Below are positions 52,401 to 64,000 of a DNA stretch of 64,000 nucleotides, piece by piece. Position 1 is the first letter of the stretch. Each line of letters starts with the position of its first letter. The stretch covers positions 8,122,001 to 8,186,000 of the forward strand of contig OZ024740.1 of the NCBI GenBank assembly GCA_964016885.1, written 5' to 3'. The position numbers and the translations under genes were made by a program. This DNA is from Eledone cirrhosa (taxonomy: Eukaryota). The notes beneath the pieces were generated by a model. The model did not search any database, was not told the origin of the DNA, and saw only the letters and a list, made by a program, of their open reading frames with translations.

Positions 52401-55400
52401 TGGTATGTCAGTTTCGATTAGTATATCAGTTTCTATTGGTATGTCAGTTTCTATTGGTATATCAGTTTCGATTGGTATTTCAGTTTCGATTAGTATGTCA
52501 GTTTCTATTAGTATGTTAGTTTCGATTAGTATATCAGTCTCTATTAGTATGTCAGTTTCGATTGGTATGTCAGTTTCTATTAGTATGTCAGTTTCGATTG
52601 GTACATCAGTTTCGATTGGTATATCAGTTTCGATTGGTATGTCACTTCCTATTGGTATATCAGTTCCTATTGGTATGTCACTTTTGATTGGTATGTCAGT
52701 TTCGATTTGTATGTCAGTTTCGACTGGTATGTCAGTTTCGATTGTTATATCAGTTCCGATTGGTATATCAGTTTCTATTGGTATATCAGTTTCGATTGAT
52801 ATATCAGTTTCGATTAGTATGTTAGTTTCTACTGGTATGTCAGTTTGGATTAGTATGTCAGTTTCGATTGGTATGTCAGTTTCGATTAGTATGTCAGTTT
52901 CTATTGGTATATCAGTTTTTATTTGTATGTCAGTTTTGATTGGTATATCAGTTTCGATTGGTATGTCAGTTTCGATTGGTATATCAGTTTCTATGGTATG
53001 TCAATTTCGATTGGTATATCAGTTTCGATTAGTATGTCAGTTTCTATTGGTATATCAGTTTCTATTGGTATATAAGTTTCGATTGATATATCAGTTTCGA
53101 TTAGTATGTCAGTTTCTACTGGTATGTCAGTTTGGATTGGTATGTCTGTTTCGATTGGTATGTCAGTTTCGATTGGTATGTCAATTTCGATTGGTATATC
53201 AGTTTCGATTCGTATGTCAGTTTCCATTGGTATATCAGTTTCGACTGGTATATCAGTTTCGATTAGTATAATCAGTTTCTATTGGTATGTCAGTTTCTAT
53301 TGATATATCAGTTTTGATTGGTATATCAGTTCCGATTGGTATATCAGTTTCGATTGGTAAGTCAGTTTCTATTGGTATATCAGTTTCTATTGGTATGTCA
53401 GTTTTGATTGGTATGTCAGTTTCGATTGGTATGTCAGTTTTGATTGGTATGTCAGTTTCTATAGGTATGTCAGTTTCTATTGGTATATCAGTTTCGATTA
53501 GTATATCAGTTTCTACTGGTATGTCAGTTTCGATTAGTATATCAGTTTCTATTAGTATGTCAGTTTCGATTGGTACACCAGTTTCGATTGGTATATCAGT
53601 TTCGATTGGTATGTCACTTTTGATTGGTATATCAGTTTCGATTGGTATGTCAGTTTCGACTGGTATGTCAGTTTCGATTGGTATATCAGTTCCGATTGGT
53701 ATATCAGTTTCTATTGGTATATCAGTTTCGATTGATATATCAGTTTCGATAAGTATGTTAGTTTCTACTGGTATGTCAGTTTGGATTAGTATGTCAGTTT
53801 CGATTGGTATGTCAGTTTCGATTAGTATGTCAGTTTCTATTGGTATATCAGTTTTTATTTGTATGTCAGTTTTGATTGATATATCAGTTTCGATTGGTAT
53901 ATCAGTTTCGATTAGTATATCAATTTCTATTGGTATATCAGTTTCTATTGGTATATCAGTTTCGATTGATATATCAGTTTCGATTAGTATGTCAGTTTCT
54001 ACTGGTATGTCAGTTTGGATTGGTATGTCAGTTTCGATTGGTATGTCAGTTTAGATTGGTATGTCAATTTCGATTGGTATATCAGTTTCGATTCGTATGT
54101 CAGTTTCTATTGGTATATCAGTTTCGACTGGTATATCAGTTTCGATTAGTATAATCAGTTTCTATTGGTATGTCAGTTTCTATTGATATATCAGTTTTGA
54201 TTGGTATATCAGTTCCGATTGGTATATCAGTTTCGATTGGTAAGTCAGTTTCTATTGGTATATCAGTTTTTATTGGTATGTCAGTTTTGATTGGTATGTC
54301 AGTTTCGATTTGTATGTCAGTTTTGATTGGTATGTCAGTTTCTATAGGTATGTCAGTTTCTATTGGTATATCAGTTTCGATTAGTATATCAGTTTCTACT
54401 GGTATGTCAGTTTCGATTAGTATATCAGTTTCTATTGGTATGTCAGTTTCGATTGGTATATCAGTTTCGATTCGTATATCAGTTCCAATTGCTATATCAG
54501 TTTCTATTGGTATGTCAGTTTCTATAGGTATGTCAGTTTCTATTGGTATATCAGTTTCGATTAGTATATCAGTTTCTACTGGTATGTCAGTTTCGATTAG
54601 TATATCAGTTTCCATTAGTATGTCAGTTTCGATTGGTACATCAGTTTCGATTGGTATATCAGTTTCAATTGGTATGTCACTTTCTATTGGTATATCAGTT
54701 TCTATTGGTATGTCACTTTTGATTGGTATATCAGTTTCGATTGGTATGTCAGTTTCGACTGGCATGTCAGTTTCAATTGGTATATCAGTTCCGATTGGTA
54801 TATCAGTTTCTATTGGTATATCAGTTTCGATTGATATATCAGTTTCGATTAGTATGTTAGTTTCTACTGGTATGTCAGTTTGGATTAGTATGTCAGTTTC
54901 GATTGGTATGTCAGTTTCGATTAGTATGTCAGTTTCTATTGGTATATCAGTTTTTATTTGTATGTCAGTTTTGATTGATATATCAGTTTCGATTGGTATG
55001 TCAGTTTCGATTGGTATATCAGTTTCTATGGTATGTCAATTTCGATTGGTATATCAGTTTCGATTAGTATGTCAGTTTCTATTGGTATATCAGTTTCTAT
55101 TGGTATATCAGTTTCAATTGATATATCAGTTTCGATTAGTATGTCAGTTTCTACTGGTATGTCAGTTTGGATTGGTATGTCAGTTTCGATTGGTATGTCA
55201 GTTTCGATTGGTATGTCAATTTCGATTGGTATATCAGTTTCGATTCGTATGTCAGTTTCTATTGGTATATCAGTTTCGACTGGTATATCAGTTTCGATTA
55301 GTATGTTAGTTTCTACTGGTATGTCAGTTTGGATTAGTATGTCAGTTTCGATTGGTATGTCAGTTTCGATTAGTATGTCAGTTTCGATTAGTATGTCAGT

Positions 55401-56899
55401 CTCTATTGGTATATCAGTTTCTATTGGTATGTCAGTTTTGATTGGTATGTCAGTTTCGATTGGTATGTCAGTTTTGATTGGTATGTCAGTTTCTATAGGT
55501 ATGTCAGTTTCTATTGGTATATCAGTTTCGATTAGTATATCAGTTTCTACTGGTATGTCAGTTTCGATTAGTATATCAGTTTCTATTGGTATGTCAGTTT
55601 CGATTGGTATATCAGTTTCGATTCGTATATCAGTTCCAATTGCTATATCAGTTTCTATTGGTATGTGAGTTTCAATTGGTATTTAAGTTTCGATTGGTAT
55701 ATAAGTTTCAATTCATATGTCAGTTTCAATTAGTATATTTGTTTCGATTGGTATGTCAATTTCAATTAGTATATCAGTTTCGATTAGTATAATCAGTTTC
55801 TATTGGTATGTCAGTTTCTATTAGTATATCAGTTTCGATTGGTATATCAGTTTCGATTAGTATGTCAGTTTCTATTGCTATGTTAGTTTCGATTAGTATA
55901 TCAGTTTCTATTGGTATGTCAGTTTCGATCGTTATGTCAGTTCTATTGATATATCAGTTTTGATTGGTATATCAGTTTCGATTGGTATATTATTTTCGAT
56001 TGGTATGTCTGTTTCTATTGGTATGTCAGTTTCTATTGGTTTATCAGTTTCGACTGGTATATCAGTTTCGATTAGTATAATCAGTTTCTATTGGTATGTC
56101 AGTTTCTATTGGTATATCAGTTTCGATTGGTATATCAGTTTCGATTAATATGTCAGTTTCTATTGCTATGTTAGTTTCGATTAGTATATCAGTTTCTATT
56201 GGTATGTCAGTTTCAATCGTTATGTCAGTTTCTGTTGATATATCAGTTTCTATTGGTATATCAGTTTCGATTGATATATCAGTTTCGATTAGTATGTCAG
56301 TTTCTACTGGTATGTCAGTTTGGATTGGTATGTCAGTTTGGATTGGTATGTCAGTTTCGATTGGTATGTTAATTTCGATTGGTATATCAGTTTCGATTCG
56401 TATGTCAGTTTCTATTGGTATATCAGTTTCGACTGGTATATCAGTTTCGATTAGTATAATCAGTTTCTATTGGTATGTCAGTTTCTATTGATATATCAGT
56501 TTTGATTGGTATATCAGTTCCGATTGGTATATCAGTTTCGATTGGTAAGTCAGTTTCTATTGGTATATCAGTTTTTATTGGTATGTCAGTTTTGATTGGT
56601 ATGTCAGTTTCGATTTGTATGTCAGTTTTGATTGGTATGTCAGTTTCTATAGGTATGTCAGTTTCTATTGGTATATCAGTTTCGATTAGTATATCAGTTT
56701 CTACTGGTATGTCAGTTTCGATTAGTATATCAGTTTCTATTGGTATGTCAGTTTCGATTGGTATATCAGTTTCGATTCGTATATCAGTTCCAATTGCTAT
56801 ATCAGTTTCTATTGGTATGTCAGTTTCGATTGGTATATCAGTTTCGATTGTTATATAAGTTTCGATTGGTATATCAATTTCGACTGGTATGTCAGTTTC

Positions 56900-59800
56900 G
56901 ATTAGTATATCAGTTTCGATTGGTATGTCAGTTTCTATTCATATATCAGTTTCGATTGGTATATCAGTTTCGATTGGTATATCAGTTTCGATTGGTATGT
57001 CAGTTTCCATTGGTATATCAGTTTCTATTGGTATGTCAGTTTTGATTGGTATATCAGTTTCGATTGGTATGTCAGTTTCGATTGGATTGTCAGTTTCGAT
57101 TGGTATATCAGTTCCTATTGGTATGTCAGTTTCGATTGGTATGTCAGTTTCGATTGGTATATCAGTTCCGATTGGTATGTATGTTTTGATTGGTATGTCA
57201 GTTTTGATTGGTATAACAGTTTCGATTGGTATGTCAATTTCGATTAATATGTCAATTTCGATTGGTATATCAGTTCCGATTGGTATGTCAGTTTCGATTG
57301 GTATGTCAGTTTCGATTGGTATGTCAGTTTCGATTAGTATGTCAGTTTCTATTGGTATGTTAGTTTCAATTAGTATATCACTTTATATTGGTATGTCAGT
57401 TTCGATTGGTATGTCTGTTTCTATTGATATATCAGTTTCGATTGGTATATCAGTTTTGATTGGTATATCAGTTTCGATTTGTATGTCAGTTTCTATTGGT
57501 ATATCAGTTTCGATTGGTATATCAGTTTCGATTAGTATGTCAGTTTCTATTGGTATGTTAGTTTCGCTTAGTATATCAGTTTTTATTGGTATGTCAGTTT
57601 CGATCGGTATGTCAGTTTCTATTGATATATCAGTTTTGATTAGTATATCAGTTTCGATTGGTATATCTGTTTCAATTGGTATGTCAATTTCTATTGGTAT
57701 ATCAGTTTCCATTGGTATGTCAGTTTTGATTGGTATATCAGTTTCGATTGGTATGTCAGCTTCGATTGGTATGTCAGTTTCAATTGGTATATCAGTTCCG
57801 ATTGGTATGTCAGTTTTGATTGGTATATCAGTTTCTATTGGTATATCATTTTCGATTGGTATATCAGTTTCGATTGTTATATCAGTTTCGATTGGTATAT
57901 CAGTTTCGACTGGTATGTCAGTTTCGACTGGTATATCAGTTTCTATTGGTATGTCAGTTTCTATTGGTATATCAGTTTCGATTGGTATATCAGTTTCGAT
58001 TAGTATGTCAGTTTCTATTGCTATGTTAGTTTCGATTAGTATATCAGTTTCTATTGGTATGTCAGTTTCGATCGGTATGTCAGTTTCTATTGATATATCA
58101 GTTTTGATTGGTATATCAGTTTCGATTGGTATATCAGTTTCGATTGGTATGTCAGTTTCGATTAATATGTCAATTTCGATTGGTATGTCAGTTTCGATTG
58201 GTATGTCAGTCTCGATTGGTATATCAGTTTCGATTGGTATGTCAATTTCGATTGGTATATCAGTTTCGATTAGTATGTCAGTTTCTATTGCTATGTTAGT
58301 TTCGATTAGTATATCAGTTTCGATTAATATGTCAATTTCGATTGGTATGTCAGTTTCGATTGGTATGTCAGTCTCGATTGGTATATCAGTTTCGATTGGT
58401 ATGTCAATTTCGATTGGTATGTCAGTTTCGATTGGTATGTCAGTTTTCATTGGTATGTCAGTTTCGATTGGTATGTCAGTTTTGCTTGGTATATCAGTTT
58501 CGATTGGTATGTCAGGTTCGATTGGTATGTCAGTTTCGATTGGAATTTCAGTTCCGATTGGTATGTCAGTTCCGATTGGTATGTCAGTTTTGATTGGTAT
58601 ATCAGTTTCTATTGGTATATCAGTTTCGATTGGTATATCAGTTTCGATTGTTATATCAGTTTCGATTGGTATATCAGTTTCGACTGGTATGTCAGTTTCG
58701 ATTAGTATATCAGTTTCTATTGGTATGTCAGTTTCTATTGGTATATCAGTTTCGATTGGTATATCAGTTTTGATTGGTATATCAGTTTCTATTGGTATGT
58801 CAGTTTCGATCGGTATGTCAGTTTCTATTGATATATCAGTTTTGATTGGTATATCAGTTTCGATTGGTATATCAGTTTCGATTGGTATGTCAATTCCGAT
58901 TGGTTTATCAGTTTCGATTAGTATGTCAGTTTCTCTTGGTATGTTATTTTCGATTCGTATATCACTTTCTATTGGTATGTCAGTTTCGATTGGTATGTCT
59001 GTTTCTATTGATATATCAGTTTCGATTGGTATATCAGTTTTGATTGGTATGTCAGTTTCGATAGGTATGTCAGTTTCTATTGGTATGTCAGTCTCGATTG
59101 GTATATCAGTTTCGATTGGTATATCAGTTTCGATTGGTATATCAGTTTCGATTGGTGTGTCAATTTCTATTGGTATATCAGTTTCCATTGGTATGTCAGT
59201 TTTGATTGGTATATCAGTTTCGATTGGTATGTCAGTTTCGATTGGTATGTCAGTTTCGATTGGTATTTCAGTTCCGATTGGTATGTCAGTTTTGATTGGT
59301 ATATCAGTTTCTATTGGTATATCAGTTTCGATTGGTATATCAGTTTCGATTGTTATATCAGTTTTGATTGGTATATCAATTTCGACTGGTATGTCAGTTT
59401 CGATTAGTATATCAGTTTCTATTGGTATGTCAGTTTCTATTGGTATATCAGTTTCGATTGGTATATCAGTTTCGATTAGTATGTCAGTTTCTATTAGTAT
59501 GTTAGTTTCGATTAGTATATCAGTATCTAATAGTATGTCAGTCTCGATTGGTATGTCAGTTTCTATTCATATATCAGTTTCGATTGGTATATCAGTTTCG
59601 ATTGGTATATCAGTTTCGATTGGTATGTCAGTTTCCATTGGTATATCAGTTTCTATTGGTATGTCAGTTTTGATTGGTATGTCAGTTTCGATTAATATGT
59701 CAATTTCGATTGGTATGTCAGTTTCGATTGGTATGTCAGTCTCGATTGGTATATCAGTTTCGATTGGTATGTCAATTTCGATTGGTATATCAGTTTCGAT

Positions 59801-62800
59801 TAGTATGTCAGTTTCTATTGGTATGTTAGTTTCGATTAGTATATCACTTTCTATCGGTATGTCAGTTTCGATTGGTATGTCAGTTTTGATTGGTATGTCA
59901 GTTTCGATTGGTATGTCAGTTTTGCTTGGTATATCAGTTTCGATTGGTATGTCAGTTTCGATTGGTATGTCAGTTTCGATTGGTATTTCAGTTCCGATTG
60001 GTATGTCAGTTTTGATTGGTATATCAGTTTCTATTGGTATATCAGTTTCGATTGGTATATCAGTTTCGATTGTTATATCAGTTTTGATTGGTATATCAGT
60101 TTCGATTGGTATGTCAATTTCGATTGGTATATCAGTTTCGATTAGTATGTCAGTTTCTCTTGGTATGTTATTTTCGATTAGTATATCACTTTCTATTGGT
60201 ATGTCAGTTTCGATTGGTATGTCTGTTTCTATTGATATATCAGTTTCGATTGGTATATCAGTTTTGATTGGTATATCAGTTTCGATAGGTATGTCAGTTT
60301 CGATTGGTATGTCAGTCTCGATTGGTATATCAGTTTCGATTGGTATGTCAGTTTCGATTGGTATATCAGTTTCGATTGGTATATCAGTTTCGATTGGTGT
60401 GTCAATTTCTATTGGTATATCAGTTTCCATTGGTATGTAAGTTTTGATTGGTATATCAGTTTCGATTGGTATGTCAGTTTCGATTGGTATGTCAGTTTCG
60501 ATTGGTATTTCAGTTCCGATTGGTATGTCAGTTTTGATTGGTATATCAGTTTCTATTGGTATATCAGTTTCGATTGGTATATCAGTTTCGATTGTTATAT
60601 CAGTTTCGATTGGTATATCAATTTCGACTGGTATGTCAGTTTCGATTAGTATAACAGTTTCTATTGGTATGTCAGTTTCTATTGGTATATCAGTTTCGAT
60701 TGGTATATAATTTTCGATTAGTACGTCAGTTTCTATTAGTATGTTCGTTTCGATTAGTATATCAGTATCTAATAGTATGTCAGTCTCGATTGGTATGTCA
60801 GTTTCTATTCATATATCAGTTTCGATTGGTATATCAGTTTCGATTGGTAGATCAGTTTCGATTGGTATGTCAGTTTCCATTGGTATATCAGTTTCTATTG
60901 GTATGTCAGTTTTGATTGGTATATCAGTTTCGATTGGTATGTCAGTTTCGATTGGATTGTCAGTTTCGATTGGTATATCAGTTACTATTGGTATGTCAGT
61001 TTCGATCGGTATGTCAGTTTCGATTGGTATATCAGTTCCGATTGGTATGTAAGTTTTGATTGGTATGTCAGTTTCGATTGGTATATCAGTTTCGATTGGT
61101 ATATCAGTTTCGATTAGTATGTCAGTTTCTATTGCTATGTTAGTTTCAATTAGTATATCAGTTTCTATTGGTATGTCAGTTTCGATCGGTATGTCAGTTT
61201 CTATTGATATATCAGTTTTGATTGGTATATCAGTTTCGATTGGTATATCATTTTCGATTGGTATTTCAGTTTCTATTGGTATATCAGTTTCTATTGGTAT
61301 GTCAGTTTTGATTGGTACGTCAGTTTCGATTGGTATGTCAGTTTTGATTGGTATAACAGTTTCGATTGGTATGTCAATTTCGATTAATATGTCAATTTCG
61401 ATTGGTATATCAGTTCCGATTGGTATGTCAGTTTCGATTGGTATGTCAGTTTCGATTGGTATGTCAGTTTCGATTAGTATGTCAGTTTCTATTGGTATGT
61501 TAGTTTCAATTAGTATATCACTTTATATTGGTATGTCAGTTTCGATTGGTATGTCTGTTTCTATTGATATATCAGTTTCGATTGGTATATCAGTTTTGAT
61601 TGGTATATCAGTTTCGATTTGTATGTCAGTTTCTATTGGTATATCAGTTTCGATTGGTATATCAGTTTCGATTAGTATGTCAGTTTCTATTGGTATGTTA
61701 GTTTCGCTTAGTATATCAGTTTCTATTGGTATGTCAGTTTTGATTAGTATATCAGTTTCGATTGGTATATCTGTTTCAATCGGTATGTCAATTTCTATTG
61801 GTATATCAGTTTCCATTGGTATGTCAGTTTTGATTGGTATATCAGTTTCGATTGGTATGTCAGCTTCGATTGGTATGTCAGTTTCAATTGGTATATCAGT
61901 TCCGATTGGTATGTCAGTTTTGATTGGTATATCAGTTTCTATTGGTATATCATTTTCGATTGGTATATCAGTTTCGATTGTTATATCAGTTTCGATTGTT
62001 ATATCAGTTTCGACTGGTATGTCAGTTTCGATTGGTATATCAGTTTCTATTGGTATGTCAGTTTCTATTGGTATATCAGTTTCGATTGGTATATCTGTTT
62101 CGATTAGTATGTCAGTTTCTATTGCTATGTTAGTTTCGATTAGTATATCAGTTTCTATTGGTATGTCAGTTTCGATCGGTATGTCAGTTTCTATTGATAT
62201 ATCAGTTTTGATTGGTATATCAGTTTCGATTGGTATATCAATTTCGATTGGTATGTCAGTTTCTATTGGTATATCAGTTTCTATTGGTATGTCAGTTTTG
62301 ATTGGTATGTCAGTTTCGATTGGTATGTCAGTTTTGATTGGTATATCAGTTTCGATTGGTATGTCAGTTTCGATTAATATGTCAATTTCGATTGGTATGT
62401 CAGTTTCGATTGGTATGTCAGTCTCGATTGGTATATCAGTTTCGATTGGTATGTCAATTTTGATTGGTATATCAGTTTCGATTAGTATGTCAGTTTCTAT
62501 TGGTATGTTAGTTTCGATTAGTATATCACTTTCTATCGGTATGTCAGTTTCGATTGGTATGTCAGTTTTGTTTGGTATGTCAGTTTCGATTTGTATGTCA
62601 GTTTTGCTTGGTATATCAGTTTCGATTGGTATGTCAGGTTCGATTGGTATGTTAGTTTCGATTGGTATTTCAGTTCCGATTGGTATGTCAGTTTTGATTG
62701 GTATATCAGTTTCTATTGGTATATCAGTTTCGATTGGTATATCAGTTTCGATTGTTATATCAGTTTCGATTGGTATATCAGTTTCGACTGGTATGTCAGT

Positions 62801-63100
62801 TTCGATTAGTATATCAGTTTCTATTGGTATGTCAGTTTCTATTGGTATATCAGTTTCGATTGGTATATCAGTTTCGATTGGTATTTCAGTTTCTATTGGT
62901 ATGTCAGTTTCGATCGGTATGTCAGTTTCTATTGATATATCAGTTTTGATTGGTATATCAGTTTCGATTGGTATGTCAGTTTCGATTGGTATGTCAGTTT
63001 CGATTGGTATTTCAGTTCCGATTGGTATGTCAGTTTTGATTGGTATATCAGTTTCTATTGGTATGTTAGTTTCTATTGGTATATCAGTTTCGATTGGTAT
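56900..63100. repeat. ~4.1-kb diverged higher-order repeat in an indel-free satellite domain (boundaries approximate)
   Basis: Markers GTATAACAG..ATTAATAT, CTTTATATT, TTCGCTTAG and TCAGGTTCG recur at offsets of about 4100-4140, in multiples of 18. Confidence 0.75.
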
Positions 63101-64000
63101 ATCAGTTTCGTTTTGTATGTCAGTTTCTATTAGTGTGTTAGTTTCGATTAGTATATCAGTATCTATTAGTATGTCAGTTTCGATTGGTATGTCAGTTTTG
63201 ATTGGTATGTCAGTTTCGATTGGTATGTCAGTTTTGCTTGGTATATCAGTTTCGATTGGTATGTCAATTTCGATTAATATGTCAATTTCGATTGGTATAT
63301 CAGTTCCGATTGGTATGTCAGTTTCGATTGGTATGTCAGTTTCGATTGGTATATCAGTTTCGATTGGTATGTCAGTTTCGATTGGTATGTCAATTTCGAT
63401 TGGTATGTTAGTTTCTATTGATATATCATTTTCGATTGGTATATCAGTTTTGATTGGTATATCAGTTTCGATTGGTATATCAGTTTCTATAGGTATGTCA
63501 GTTTCTATTGGTATATCAGTTTCGATTGGTATGTCAGTTTCGATTAGTATATCAGTTTCTATAGGTATGTCAGTTTCTATTGGTATATCAGTTTCGATTG
63601 GTATATCAGTTTCGATTGTATGTCAGTTTCGATTGGTATATCAGTTTCTATTGGTATATCAGTTTCGAATGATATATCAGTTTCGATTAGTATGTCAGTT
63701 TCTACTGGTATGTCAGTTTGGATTGGTATGTCAGTTTCGATTGGTATGTCAGTTTCGATTGGTATGTCAATTTCGATTGGTATATCAGTTTCGATTAGTA
63801 TGTTAGTTTCTATTGGAATATCAGTTTCGATTGGTATATCAGTTTCGATAGGTATGTCAGTTTCTATTGGTATATCAGTTTCGATTAGTATAATCAGTTT
63901 CTATTGGTTTGTCAGTTTCTATTGGTATATCAGTTTCGATTAGTATGTCAGTTTCTATTGCTATGTTAGTTTCGATTAGTATATCAGTTTCTATTGGTAT

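Larger units (their letters stand above)
1..64000. repeat. 18-bp tandem satellite array, consensus ATTGGTAT(A/G)TCAGTTTC(G/T); single orientation; runs off both window ends; interrupted only by five LINE insertions
   Basis: 18-nt periodicity is directly visible. Satellite blocks: 1-3562, 4891-7595, 9860-11124, 11819-13261, 13387-17217, 18880-64000. Recurrent length-variant monomers: 17-bp ATGGTATGTCAATTTCG, 19-bp ATTAGTATAATCAGTTTCT, 19-bp ATTGGTATGTTAGTCCTCG, 21-bp ATTGTTGGTATATCAGTTTCT. Confidence 0.99.

Noticed and set aside
92-63943. Long ORFs (SIGISV)n, (LVYQFR)n, (WYISFD)n and (IETDIP)n, up to 1183 aa
   Set aside because: These are translations of a stop-poor 18-bp satellite. They are open in several frames at once, broken by 1-bp indels and LINEs, and have no unique domains.
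1-64000. CRISPR array, with the LINE pieces as spacers or an RT-associated prokaryotic system
   Set aside because: Monomers are contiguous without unique spacers, there are no cas genes, and the RT is of eukaryotic non-LTR type with a 3' microsatellite tail.
1-64000. CENP-B box or telomeric repeat identity of the monomer
   Set aside because: Only TTCG is shared with the CENP-B box and the CGGG part is absent. There is no G-rich telomere-type motif.

Overview
Eukaryotic (metazoan-type) satellite DNA with no host genes. About 90% of the window is a head-to-tail 18-bp array, consensus ATTGGTAT(A/G)TCAGTTTC(G/T), organised into nested kb-scale higher-order duplications (about 1.26, 1.35, 1.8, 3.7, 4.1 and 5.68 kb). 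Within the first 19 kb the array is interrupted by five independent, 5'-truncated, young non-LTR retrotransposon copies. They are RTE-like, belong to two subfamilies, and all end in (GAT)7-8. All five tails join the satellite at the same symmetric position, TG(G/A)T^ATA(T/C)C, 1 nt from the axis of a quasi-palindrome that makes up 14 of the 18 bp. Four are on the + strand and one is at the mirror position on the - strand. The RT carries a C4HC3 PHD-type finger inserted inside the polymerase domain, and the 3' UTR has a covarying tandem hairpin/pseudoknot architecture. Candidate system (inference): a PHD-bearing RTE LINE family that inserts at the dyad centre of a dyad-symmetric satellite. The long SIGISV/IETDIP ORFs are translations of the satellite.
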